A stretch of DNA of 63,243 nt, counting the filler. It is 4 parts of 4 records of this genome, joined end to end, with 100 filler letters (N's around TTAATTAATTAA, not from the genome) between each part and the next. Parts side by side here need not be neighbours in the genome. Positions count along the whole stretch, not along the records: positions 1 to 10,915 come from DRR378314_420; 3 more parts are not named here. One strand, written 5' to 3'. The position numbers were made by a program, and so were the translations under genes. Within the stretch, counting starts at the first letter, position 1; each line of letters opens with the position of its first letter. This document shows positions 1 to 9,518 of the stretch, in pieces. Below the pieces are notes generated by a model, which saw only the letters and a program-made list of their open reading frames with translations, did not search any database and was not told the DNA's origin.

Positions 1-30
1 GGTGCTCTGAACCAACTGAGCTAATTGCCC
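1..30 (-). tRNA. tRNA 5' half, probably tRNA-Val (truncated by window start)
   Basis: Reverse complement GGGCAATTAGCTCAGTTGGTTCAGAGCACC is an acceptor stem plus D-arm. The anticodon is not visible; Val is from recalled similarity to Bacteroidetes tRNA-Val. Confidence 0.8.
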
Positions 31-43
31 TCAATTGCGGATG

Positions 44-73
44 CAAATATAACACTGTTTTGGAAATTACCAA
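44..73 (-). promoter_or_regulatory. Bacteroidetes-type promoter for the tRNA
   Basis: Minus strand TTG-19 nt-TATATTTG matches the -33/-7 (TAnnTTTG) consensus. Confidence 0.65.
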
Positions 74-91
74 TTATTTTATCGTATTTAT

Positions 92-1300
92 TTATAAAAC
101 TTCAGCAACCACAAAGGTACTGCCACCAACATAAATTAAATCATTATCTAAAGCATGTTCTTTTGCTGAATTATACGCCTGATTTACAGTTAAAAACACC
201 TCTCCTTTTAAATTAAATTCTGATGCTACCAATTCTAATTCTCTAGCTGACAAAGCTCTTGGAATCTCTGGTTGACAAAAATAATAAATAGCATTTTTAG
301 GGAATAATGGTAAAACCTCATCAAGTTTCTTGTCAGAAACAACCCCTAAAACAATGTGTAACTGATTAATATTTTCTTTTTTTAATTGGTCTAAAACAAT
401 TTTCAACCCCTCTGCATTATGCGCCGTATCACAAATTACTTTTGGTTCTTCTTGTAATATTTGCCAGCGTCCTTTTAAATTGGTATTATTTACAACCCTT
501 AATAAGCCTTCATGGATTTGATGTTCTGAAACTGTAAATTGTTTTAGTTTTTGAACTACTTTCACCGCAGTATTTGCATTTAATTTCTGATATTCACCCT
601 GTAAATCTGTTTTATAATCCATAAAATTATCTGAAGCAAAACTTAGCTCTGCATTCATTTCAGATGCTTTCTCTTTAAACACACCTGTAACCTCAACTTG
701 CTTTTCTCCAATTACCACAGGTATATTTGCTTTTACGATTCCTGCTTTTTCAAAAGCAATCTCTGGTAAAGTCTCCCCTAAAAACTGTGTATGATCTAAA
801 CCAATATTTGTAATTACTGAAACTTGGGGTGAAATAATATTTGTAGAATCAAGCCTACCACCTAATCCAACTTCTATAATTGCTATATCTACTTTTTCTT
901 GAGCAAAATATTGAAACGCCATCCCTACTGTCATTTCAAAAAAAGACAATCGCTGGTTTTCTAAGAATTTTTTATTTTTCAAAATGAAAGTTGCCACATA
1001 ATCTCTAGCCACTTCTTTGCCATTTATTCGTATGCGTTCTGTGAAATTTTTAAGATGAGGAGAAGTATATAATCCCACTTTATATCCAGCTTCTTGTAAT
1101 ATTGATGCTATCATATGACTCGTTGAACCTTTACCATTAGTCCCACCCACATGAATTGTTTTAAACTTTTGCTCAGGAAAATCTAATTCTTTAGAGAATG
1201 CTAAAATATTTGTTAAGTCTTTTTTAAAAGCAGTTTCACCTTGCCTTTGATACATAGGCAATTGCCTAAACATCCAATCTAATGTTTCTTGATAAGTCAT
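92..1300 (-). CDS. folC: Folylpolyglutamate synthase/dihydrofolate synthase
   Basis: Motifs HVGGTNGKGST, YTSPHL, EVGLGGRLDSTN, DTAHN. Confidence 0.96.
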   Translation of the reverse strand: MTYQETLDWMFRQLPMYQRQGETAFKKDLTNILAFSKELDFPEQKFKTIHVGGTNGKGSTSHMIASILQEAGYKVGLYTSPHLKNFTERIRINGKEVARDYVATFILKNKKFLENQRLSFFEMTVGMAFQYFAQEKVDIAIIEVGLGGRLDSTNIISPQVSVITNIGLDHTQFLGETLPEIAFEKAGIVKANIPVVIGEKQVEVTGVFKEKASEMNAELSFASDNFMDYKTDLQGEYQKLNANTAVKVVQKLKQFTVSEHQIHEGLLRVVNNTNLKGRWQILQEEPKVICDTAHNAEGLKIVLDQLKKENINQLHIVLGVVSDKKLDEVLPLFPKNAIYYFCQPEIPRALSARELELVASEFNLKGEVFLTVNQAYNSAKEHALDNDLIYVGGSTFVVAEVL

Positions 1301-2128
1301 TTATTGTGATAAAGAAAAGCGATAAATAATGGTTCCTCTTTGTTTATTTGGCGCACCAGGATCAGCATTCCAAGTTGTTTTTAATGCAGCTGCTCTTGCC
1401 GGATCTAATAAACATTTAGCAGTATTTGTAGAACCTTTAACTCCTGGAGTTGCTTTAATAACTTTTCCTGAATTATCAACCTCTATACTAACCACAACTA
1501 TCCCCTCTTCATTACATTCTGGCTTCTCAATAGGTTTAGACAAGGCATTTCTACCAGCTAAATTATAATTCTTATCTCCACCGCTACCATTATTACCATA
1601 GTATTTAGTAGATTTTGGATCTCCTTTTGTATTTCCCTTTACACCAGGGTCAATATCATCTCCTTCTCCTTTAGAATTATTACTATTAGAATTATTCTTC
1701 AATAAATTATTTAATAAATCTTGCGTTTGCTTTGATGGTTTTGGCTTTGGAATTTCTTTTGGTTTTTCAACAATCTTTTTTTTCTCAACTGGTTTTTTTT
1801 CTTTCTTTTTCTCTGGTTTTTCAAGAATTGGCGCATCTTTTACATCTTGAGTAATCACCTTTTCTTTAATAATTTCTTTCGGAATCACTTCCTCTATTTT
1901 TTCTTCTACTTTCTTTTCTATTTTTGGCTCTGAAGGTTTTGCTTTTGCTTTTACAACTGGATCTCCATTTCCAACATTCGAATCTCCAAAGTTAACAGCT
2001 AATCCATATTCTTCTGGTGGATCTAAATATTGCATTCCAAAATTAAGAATACCAACAACTAACAACATTAATATTATGGTTGTTATTACTGCTGATTTTT
2101 TTTTATGTCTTGTTTCTAAGAATCTCAT
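1301..2128 (-). CDS. tonB: TonB-like energy transducer
   Basis: N-terminal TM anchor, K/E/P-rich linker and C-terminal TonB_C-like domain (EEGIVVVSIEVDNSGKV); follows exbB-exbD. Confidence 0.8.
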   Translation of the reverse strand: MRFLETRHKKKSAVITTIILMLLVVGILNFGMQYLDPPEEYGLAVNFGDSNVGNGDPVVKAKAKPSEPKIEKKVEEKIEEVIPKEIIKEKVITQDVKDAPILEKPEKKKEKKPVEKKKIVEKPKEIPKPKPSKQTQDLLNNLLKNNSNSNNSKGEGDDIDPGVKGNTKGDPKSTKYYGNNGSGGDKNYNLAGRNALSKPIEKPECNEEGIVVVSIEVDNSGKVIKATPGVKGSTNTAKCLLDPARAAALKTTWNADPGAPNKQRGTIIYRFSLSQ

Positions 2129-2521
2129 CTACCTCCCTTTAACTGCTAAAATCATTTTTAACTTGTTCCTATTAGCAATATCAATAATCTTCATTACATT
2201 TTTATATGGAACATCTTTATCCCCTCTAATTACAACTGTTTTTGCTTTATCTGCTCCAACTAATTTTAAAATCTCATTTTCTAAATTAGCTTCACTCACA
2301 TTTGTTTTATCTATATAAAATTGCGATTTATTAGTTATCGAAACAGCAATAGATGTTTTATTTTCAGTTTTCCCACCAGCTTTTGGCAATAGAACATCTA
2401 TAGCACTTACAGTAACTAATGTAGATGTAAGCATAAAAAAGATCAACAATAAAAAAACAATATCTGTCATAGAAGACATATTGAAATTAGGATTGACTTT
2501 ATTTCTTCCTCTAATATTCAT
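2129..2521 (-). CDS. exbD: ExbD/TolR biopolymer transport protein
   Basis: MTDIVFLLLIFFM TM motif with the conserved Asp; IRGDKDVPY. Confidence 0.92.
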   Translation of the reverse strand: MNIRGRNKVNPNFNMSSMTDIVFLLLIFFMLTSTLVTVSAIDVLLPKAGGKTENKTSIAVSITNKSQFYIDKTNVSEANLENEILKLVGADKAKTVVIRGDKDVPYKNVMKIIDIANRNKLKMILAVKGR

Positions 2522-3210
2522 TATACAGGCTCATTTAATAAGTCTAAAAACTCTACTGAAGTAGCTTCCATTTTATAAACCACTTTATCAGTTCTTACAA
2601 CAATATGATTGTATGTAATATATGCTATAATCCCAACTATTAATCCTGCAACAGTTGTAGTCATTGCTGTATACAAACCATCTGAAAGCATTTTTATATC
2701 TATTTGTCCTCCTGAATTAGCTATTTCATGAATTGCAACAATCATACCGATTACTGTCCCCAAGAAACCAATCATTGGAGCTGCTCCTGCAATAGTTGCA
2801 AGTACACTAACATTTTTTTCTAATTGATAAATTTCAAGTTTCCCTGAATTCTCTATCGCTTTATTAATATCATCAAGAGGTTTCCCTATTCTAGAAATCC
2901 CCTTACCTACAAGTCTAGCCGTTGGTGAATCTGTGTTTTTACATAAATCTGTTGCAGCATCTAATTTTCCTTCAGAGACAAAGTCTTTAATTTGGTTCAT
3001 AAAATTAACATCTACTTTTGAAGCCGCCTTAATTGCAAAGAAGCGTTCAAAATAAATATAAAGTGCAATTGCTAATAACAAAAACAATAAGGCGATAATT
3101 ATCAAACCTCCTGTTCCACTTTCCATAATTAACTTATAGATTGATAATGTTTTTTCTTCTGATACTACTTCTGTAGCTGTATTCAAATTTTCTTGAATGA
3201 ACAATAGCAT
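2521..3210 (-). CDS. exbB: MotA/TolQ/ExbB proton channel protein
   Basis: APMIGFLGTVIGM and AMTTTVAGL motifs. Confidence 0.92.
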   Translation of the reverse strand: MLLFIQENLNTATEVVSEEKTLSIYKLIMESGTGGLIIIALLFLLLAIALYIYFERFFAIKAASKVDVNFMNQIKDFVSEGKLDAATDLCKNTDSPTARLVGKGISRIGKPLDDINKAIENSGKLEIYQLEKNVSVLATIAGAAPMIGFLGTVIGMIVAIHEIANSGGQIDIKMLSDGLYTAMTTTVAGLIVGIIAYITYNHIVVRTDKVVYKMEATSVEFLDLLNEPV

Positions 3211-3271
3211 ATTGTTTTTTAATTTATAGATTTATGTAAACTTAACGAAATAACTTTTTAAAAATTGTCTT

Positions 3272-3300
3272 AAAAAAAACCCGAGATTAACTCGGGTCTT
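3272..3300 (-). terminator. Intrinsic terminator after nhaD
   Basis: ACCCGAG-attaa-CTCGGGT hairpin with an A8 tract (U-tract on the minus strand). Confidence 0.75.
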
Positions 3301-3308
3301 ATATTTTT

Positions 3309-4709
3309 TTATATTATACCTCTTAAAAGCATAAAGGCAAAAGATCCAGCTACAAATCCGATTAAAGCTAGCCAAGAAATTTTCTTTACATACCAAAAGA
3401 AATCAATTTTTTCCATTCCCATTGCAACTACTCCTGCCGCAGACCCAATTATCAACATACTTCCACCTGTTCCTGCAGAGAAAGCTATAAAGTGCCATAA
3501 TGGATTATCTAAATTTTCTGAAAACATTCCTAAACTGGCAGCTACTAAAGGTACATTATCTATAACTGCAGATCCAACACCTAACAACATCACCACTAAA
3601 TCAGAAACTTTAGTTCCTACTAACTCTGTTCCCATTAACGGAACACTTTCTTTTAAGCCATCTGCAAAGCCAAATAAAATCCCTAAAGACTCTAATGCAG
3701 CAACCGCCATTAATATCCCTAAGAAAAATAAGATACTTGGCATTTCTATTTTAGATAACGAACTATGAACTGGACTATGATGCGCTTGTGAATGCGCTTC
3801 AGATTCTTCATCATTATAACTAGTTAAAGAAAACTTCTTTCTACTAAAAATCTCAGCAAAAGTTGCCACAATTCCTAAAGACAACATCATTCCAACATAA
3901 GGAGGTAAATGAGTTACTGTTTTAAATACTGGAACAAATACAATTGCACCTAAGCCCAGGTATAGCATAATAGCACTGTGCTTGTTTGGTTTAGAGTCTT
4001 TAATTGTATCATCGCTCTCAATATCTCCTTTAAAAGCAGGTAAAAAAGTAGCTATAAAAGTTGGAACCACCATACAAATTAATGATGGTATAAATAAATA
4101 CTTAAATAACATTAAAGTACTTACCTTATCTCCAATCCAAAGCATGGTTGTAGTTACATCTCCAATAGGAGAAAAAGCCCCACCCGCATTTGCTGCAATA
4201 ATAATTAAACCTGCAAACCAAATTCTATCTTCTCTACTTTTAACAATTTTTTGAAGAATAGAAATTAATACAATTGTAGCTGTTAAATTATCAATAATTG
4301 CAGACAATACAAATGCCAACCAAGCAAAAATCCATAAGATTTTTTTCTTCTTTTTTGTATTCACATACCCTTTAATTGTAGAAAAACCATCAAAGTAATC
4401 TATAATCTCTACAATAGTCATTGCCCCCAACAAGAACACCAATATCTCTGCCGTTTTCCCCAAATGATGCAACAAGGTTTCCTCAACCAAATGCATTTTA
4501 TCTGGATGAGCCAACCCTGCAAAACCCTCAACTAAAGCATGTTTTGAAGAATCGAACCAATTAGAAAAATTATCAACTCCTAAAGCAACAACTGCCCAAC
4601 AAACAGCCATCATTACAAGTGCTGGTATTAATTTATCTATTTTTAAATTATGCTCTAATGTTATTGCTAAATAACCCAAAACAAACACCAAAATGATAAC
4701 CGTTTCCAT
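3309..4709 (-). CDS. nhaD: NhaD-family Na+/H+ antiporter
   Basis: Multi-TM; SAIIDNLTA, ANAGGAFSPIGDVTT, SAVIDNVPLVAA, AGTGGSMLIIGSAAGV. Confidence 0.9.
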   Translation of the reverse strand: METVIILVFVLGYLAITLEHNLKIDKLIPALVMMAVCWAVVALGVDNFSNWFDSSKHALVEGFAGLAHPDKMHLVEETLLHHLGKTAEILVFLLGAMTIVEIIDYFDGFSTIKGYVNTKKKKKILWIFAWLAFVLSAIIDNLTATIVLISILQKIVKSREDRIWFAGLIIIAANAGGAFSPIGDVTTTMLWIGDKVSTLMLFKYLFIPSLICMVVPTFIATFLPAFKGDIESDDTIKDSKPNKHSAIMLYLGLGAIVFVPVFKTVTHLPPYVGMMLSLGIVATFAEIFSRKKFSLTSYNDEESEAHSQAHHSPVHSSLSKIEMPSILFFLGILMAVAALESLGILFGFADGLKESVPLMGTELVGTKVSDLVVMLLGVGSAVIDNVPLVAASLGMFSENLDNPLWHFIAFSAGTGGSMLIIGSAAGVVAMGMEKIDFFWYVKKISWLALIGFVAGSFAFMLLRGII

Positions 4710-4722
4710 AATATATATTTAA

Positions 4723-5955
4723 TTAAATTAATTGCTTTAGCGCAATCTCAAACGCTGTTTTACAAATTTCTGTTTTATTATTATTCTTTTCAAATGTGTT
4801 TACCAATGCTTTTCTAATTATCTCAGATGTATCGTTAAAAATTGCTTCGTCTTGCATTGGCAATGCCACTCTTGCCTCCATTAAATATGCAAAAACTCTA
4901 GCAATTCCACAATTAGAAATAAAATCTGGCAATAAACTAACCTTACTATCTGTATATTCCATGATTGGTCCAAAGAAAATCTCTTTATCAGCAAAAGGAA
5001 CATTAGCTCCTGGAGAAATAACTTCCAATCCAGACTCTATCATTTGTGTAATTTGATCTCTAGAAACTAATCTTGATGCGGCTGCAGGCACAAATATTTC
5101 AGCAGACAACGACCAAACTTTTTGATTCATTTCATCAAAAGGAATCATATTTTTTGCGACCAATTTATTTCCATCTTTTCCTAAAAACAGATCAGTCATT
5201 TCATCCATAGAAAATCCTTCTTCTTTAATCAATCCACCATCTCTATCAATAATCCCTACAACTTTTGCTCCTAATTGAGTTAAATAATAAGCGGCAGCAG
5301 AACCAACATTTCCAAACCCTTGAACAACTGCTTTTTTACCAGCAATGTTACCACCATAAATAGTATAGTAATGCTTAACAGCTTCCGCAACTCCATATCC
5401 AGTTAACATATCTGCAACTGTATATTTTCTAGACAAGTCTGGAGAGAATTTTTTATCTTCAATAATTTTAATAACTCCTTGTCTTAATTGACCTATTCTA
5501 TTAATTTTATCAGCTTCTGTTGGCTTAAAATGCCCATTAAATATACCCTCTTGAGGATGCCATACTCCGCAATCTTCTGTAATTGGAATTACATCTTTAT
5601 CAGCGTCTACATTTAAATCTCCACCAGTTCCATAATAGTGCTTTAACAAAGGTGTAACCGCTTTATACCAACGCTCCAAAACACCTCTTTTTCTAGGATC
5701 ATTCGGATCAAAGTTAATTCCAGATTTAGCTCCACCAATAGCTGGACCTGAAACAGTAAATTTTACTTCCATTGTTTTTGCTAAAGATAAAACCTCATTC
5801 ATATCAAGGCCTTTTCTCATTCTTGTACCTCCACCTGCTGCACCACCACGCAAAGAGTTAATCACTGTCCACCCTTCAGCTTCAGTTTCTGGATCTTTCC
5901 AATTAAAAACAATTTCTGGTTGTTTATTTTCGTATTTTTTTAATAATTCTTTCAT
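4723..5955 (-). CDS. Glu/Leu/Phe/Val dehydrogenase family protein
   Basis: GGGTRM, GGAKSG, TGYGV, GFGNVG Rossmann motif, PGAN, PDFISNCG. Confidence 0.9.
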   Translation of the reverse strand: MKELLKKYENKQPEIVFNWKDPETEAEGWTVINSLRGGAAGGGTRMRKGLDMNEVLSLAKTMEVKFTVSGPAIGGAKSGINFDPNDPRKRGVLERWYKAVTPLLKHYYGTGGDLNVDADKDVIPITEDCGVWHPQEGIFNGHFKPTEADKINRIGQLRQGVIKIIEDKKFSPDLSRKYTVADMLTGYGVAEAVKHYYTIYGGNIAGKKAVVQGFGNVGSAAAYYLTQLGAKVVGIIDRDGGLIKEEGFSMDEMTDLFLGKDGNKLVAKNMIPFDEMNQKVWSLSAEIFVPAAASRLVSRDQITQMIESGLEVISPGANVPFADKEIFFGPIMEYTDSKVSLLPDFISNCGIARVFAYLMEARVALPMQDEAIFNDTSEIIRKALVNTFEKNNNKTEICKTAFEIALKQLI

Positions 5956-6087
5956 TCTTGTAGTCTAATAATTCAATTTTTGATTTTTCTCGGTTTTTAA
6001 TTACTCTTTAAAGCAGCTAAAGTTGATTCATTTTAAGTTGAATTTTAAAAATTTAATAATTGATTATCTACGAATTACACGTACATA

Positions 6088-6119
6088 CAAACTTAAAGTT
6101 AAAAAAATGATTGTCCAAA
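6088..6119 (-). promoter_or_regulatory. Bacteroidetes-type promoter for the dehydrogenase-nhaD unit
   Basis: Minus strand TTTG-20 nt-TAAGTTTG, an exact -33/-7 consensus. Confidence 0.7.
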
Positions 6120-6138
6120 CAAAAAGTATATACTTTTT

Positions 6139-7203
6139 CTATTTTTCTGGAGTACATATTTGACCGGAAGAATGATCTCTAGAAGCTCCAGTAACACTAC
6201 TTAAACAATTAACCTGATTATCAACTCTTAACACCCCTAAAAACGCAAATATTAACGCTTCTTTATAATCCACAACTTGCCCTTCTGGAATAACAACCTT
6301 TGCAGCAGATAGAGTTTTAATTCGTTGCATCAAAAATAAATTAAAAGCCCCACCACCAGTAACCAAAACAGTATCAATTTCGTTAACTATTTCTGCAATT
6401 TGAATTGCTATATGCTCTACAAAAGTCCTTAACACATCGTATATATTTAAATTACAACTATCTATTAATGGAAAAACCTCTACCTGAACCCACTCTAATC
6501 CTAAAGACTTTGGTGCTTCTTCCTTATAAAAAGGCAAATCATTTAACTTTTCTAGTAAATCTTTATCTATCTCTCCTCTTGAAGCATGCTTCCCTTCATC
6601 ATCATACTCAACTTTAAAAAAAGAAACGTATTTATTAAGTACAATATTAACCGGACAAATATCAAACGCAACTCTTTTATTTTGTTTTTGATATGAAATA
6701 TTTGCAAATCCTCCTAAGTTCAAACAAGCTGCATATTCAGAAAACAACAATTCATCTCCTATAGGAACTAATGGAGCACCTTGACCACCTAATTGCACGT
6801 CTTGGGTTCTAAAATCAGAAACAACTTTTAAACCTGTAACATTAGATATCACTTGCCCAGAACCTATTTGTAATGTAATTCCTTTTTCTGGTTGATGCAA
6901 AATGGTATGACCATGAGAGGCTACAAACTCTACATTTTCAATTATAAATTTCTCTATAAATGCATTCACTTTCTCTCCCAAAAACTTTCCGTACTCTATA
7001 TTCAATAAACTTAACTCTGTTTTTGATTTTGATATACCTGTAGCTAATTTTTGTTTTAAATCTTGCCTATACTTTACAGTTTCTGAATAAATAATATGAT
7101 ATTTACTCACACCACTCGTATTAAACTTCACATAAACAATATCTAAGCCATCTAAAGAAGTACCAGACATTAACCCAATTACATATCTATATTCACCATT
7201 CAT
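6139..7203 (-). CDS. anmK: Anhydro-N-acetylmuramic acid kinase
   Basis: GLMSGTSLDGLD, SHGHT, GGQGAPLVP, LNLGGFAN, KEALIFA. Confidence 0.95.
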   Translation of the reverse strand: MNGEYRYVIGLMSGTSLDGLDIVYVKFNTSGVSKYHIIYSETVKYRQDLKQKLATGISKSKTELSLLNIEYGKFLGEKVNAFIEKFIIENVEFVASHGHTILHQPEKGITLQIGSGQVISNVTGLKVVSDFRTQDVQLGGQGAPLVPIGDELLFSEYAACLNLGGFANISYQKQNKRVAFDICPVNIVLNKYVSFFKVEYDDEGKHASRGEIDKDLLEKLNDLPFYKEEAPKSLGLEWVQVEVFPLIDSCNLNIYDVLRTFVEHIAIQIAEIVNEIDTVLVTGGGAFNLFLMQRIKTLSAAKVVIPEGQVVDYKEALIFAFLGVLRVDNQVNCLSSVTGASRDHSSGQICTPEK

Positions 7204-7227
7204 ATTTGTAAAAATAACAAAACTTTA

Positions 7228-7258
7228 TTGATAATTCAACATCAAAAACGTATCTTTG
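7228..7258 (+). promoter_or_regulatory. Bacteroidetes-type promoter for the acyl-CoA dehydrogenase
   Basis: TTG-20 nt-TATCTTTG; supports a start at 7292 rather than the TTG at 7256. Confidence 0.65.
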
Positions 7259-7291
7259 AGCACAATTTTTACGAATATAACAATAAGAAAA

Positions 7292-8434
7292 ATGGATTTT
7301 AATCTTACAGAAGAACACTTAATGATTCAAGAAGCTGCTCGTGATTTTGCACAAACAGAATTGCTTCCTGGAGTTATAGAAAGAGATGAAAAGCAACATT
7401 TCCCTGCAGAGTTGGTAAAGAAAATGGGAGATTTAGGTTTTTTAGGTATTATGGTAGACCCTAAATACGGAGGAAGTGGAATGGACGCTATCTCTTATGT
7501 GTTAATTATGGAAGAGCTATCTAAAATTGATGCTTCTGCCTCTGTTATAGTTTCTGTAAACAACTCTTTAGTTTGCTATGGACTTGAAGCTTATGGCTCT
7601 GAAGACCAAAAACAAAAATACCTAACAAAGCTTGCAACTGGAGAATTTGTAGGAGCATTTTGCTTGAGCGAACCAGAAGCTGGCTCTGATGCAACCTCTC
7701 AAAGCACAACCGCTATAGAAAAAGAAGACCATTATCTTATTAACGGAACAAAAAACTGGATTACTAGTGGTGGAAGAGCTGACATATACTTAGTTATTGC
7801 TCAAACTGACAAAGACAAAGGACATAGAGGTATCAATGCTTTTATTGTCGAAAAAGGAACTGAAGGATTTCATATTGGCCCTAAAGAAGACAAGTTAGGA
7901 ATTAGAGGTTCAGATACTCATACTTTACAATTTAATGATGTAAAAGTACCTAAAGAGAATAGAATCGGTGAAGATGGATTTGGATTTAAATTCGCCATGA
8001 AAACCTTATCTGGAGGTAGAATTGGAATTGCTTCTCAAGCTCTAGGTATTGCATCTGGCGCATATGAGCTAGCATTAAAATATTCTAAAGAGCGTAAAGC
8101 ATTCGGAAAAGAAATATACAAACATCAAGCGATTGCATTTAAATTAGCTGATATGCATACAGAAATAACTGCTGCCCGTCATTTAGTAATGAAGGCTGCT
8201 TGGGACAAAGACCAAGGAAATAATTACGACATGTCTGGAGCAATGGCTAAATTATACGCTTCTAAAGTTGCCATGGAACAATCTGTTGAAGCTGTTCAAA
8301 TTCATGGTGGAAATGGTTTTGTAAAAGAATACCACGTAGAGCGATTAATGCGTGATGCTAAAATTACTCAGATATATGAAGGAACTTCTGAAATTCAAAA
8401 AATTGTAATTTCAAGAGGAATTACTAAAGATTAA
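7292..8434 (+). CDS. Short-chain acyl-CoA dehydrogenase
   Basis: FCLSEPEAGSDA, NGTKNWIT, QIHGGNG, IYEGTSEIQ. Confidence 0.94.
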   Translation: MDFNLTEEHLMIQEAARDFAQTELLPGVIERDEKQHFPAELVKKMGDLGFLGIMVDPKYGGSGMDAISYVLIMEELSKIDASASVIVSVNNSLVCYGLEAYGSEDQKQKYLTKLATGEFVGAFCLSEPEAGSDATSQSTTAIEKEDHYLINGTKNWITSGGRADIYLVIAQTDKDKGHRGINAFIVEKGTEGFHIGPKEDKLGIRGSDTHTLQFNDVKVPKENRIGEDGFGFKFAMKTLSGGRIGIASQALGIASGAYELALKYSKERKAFGKEIYKHQAIAFKLADMHTEITAARHLVMKAAWDKDQGNNYDMSGAMAKLYASKVAMEQSVEAVQIHGGNGFVKEYHVERLMRDAKITQIYEGTSEIQKIVISRGITKD

Positions 8435-8452
8435 TTCTTTCAAGAACAAACT

Positions 8453-8485
8453 AAAAAGCCCGTACAAATTTGTACAGGCTTTTTT
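8453..8485. terminator. Bidirectional intrinsic terminator
   Basis: AAAAAGCC-C-GTACAAA-TTTGTAC-A-GGCTTTTT between convergent genes. Confidence 0.8.
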
Positions 8486-9269
8486 AATTAATATTCATAT
8501 CTATATCATACAACTGCAAACCAGATGCAGGAGCAATATTTCTAAGAAATTTACCATCATTATCTTTAGATAATGATTTTTCAATAAATTCTAAATCTAA
8601 ATTGCTTTTACCCAACTCAAAAAGCACCGCCATCATTAACCTAATTTGATAACGTAAAAAACCCTTCCCTCTTACTTTTAACACATAACTTCTCTCAGGA
8701 AAAAAACTCGCAGTTAACTCTGTATTTTCAACAATCTCACAAGACTCCACCACCCTTTTGAAAATGGTTTTTTCAGATGGCTTAGTACAATATTTCTGAA
8801 AATAATGCCCCCCCTTAAACAACGAAGCTCCTTGCTGCATAATATCAATATCCAACTTTTCAGTAACATTAACAATAAAAGGTGCAGCAAAAGGATGATA
8901 GCTTTTATCATTTGAAAAATAATAATGATACTCTTTAATTTTCGGAAAGTTTAAAAGATCAAATCCTAATTTAACAGACGTTATATTCTTTGCAGAAATA
9001 TCTTGAGGAGCATTGCTATTAAACAACTCGATAAACCTATTTTGATCCACACTACTAATAGTCAATAACTGAAAATAATATTTTGACGCAGACACCATTG
9101 CATCAGTCCTACCAATACCTAGAGTTTTGTAATCATTATCATCAAAGACAAATGACAATGTCTTGTCTACCACATGATGCAATGTCTTAGCATTCTTTTG
9201 TTTTTGCCAACCATGATAACGAAATCCTAAAAAATTAATCTCAACCAAATACATGTAACTATACTTCAT
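8484..9269 (-). CDS. TruA-family pseudouridine synthase (divergent paralogue)
   Basis: YHGWQKQ, GRTDAMVSA (catalytic Asp), GFLRYQIR, APASGL. Confidence 0.85.
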   Translation of the reverse strand: MKYSYMYLVEINFLGFRYHGWQKQKNAKTLHHVVDKTLSFVFDDNDYKTLGIGRTDAMVSASKYYFQLLTISSVDQNRFIELFNSNAPQDISAKNITSVKLGFDLLNFPKIKEYHYYFSNDKSYHPFAAPFIVNVTEKLDIDIMQQGASLFKGGHYFQKYCTKPSEKTIFKRVVESCEIVENTELTASFFPERSYVLKVRGKGFLRYQIRLMMAVLFELGKSNLDLEFIEKSLSKDNDGKFLRNIAPASGLQLYDIDMNIN

Positions 9270-9483
9270 AAAACCAAACGTACAATAATTTTTATTAAAA
9301 AAACAAAGGATTTTACGAATTCAACAATAAAAATATTATTAAAACGAATACCCCTCAATTTTTGAAAGGTAATTATAAATTTTATTGCTTAATACAAAAC
9401 ACACCCCCTATTAAAATGCATGTTATTACGTTTATTTTACATCGTTTTCGTAATACACCCCTTAATTATTTATTTTTTGAACA

Positions 9484-9491
9484 TACTTTTG
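9484..9491 (+). promoter_or_regulatory. -7 element of the porin-P-II-amt promoter
   Basis: TACTTTTG (TAnnTTTG) 27 nt upstream of the ATG at 9519. Confidence 0.55.
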
Positions 9492-9518
9492 AAAAGACAT
9501 AACTAAAAACATTTATTA

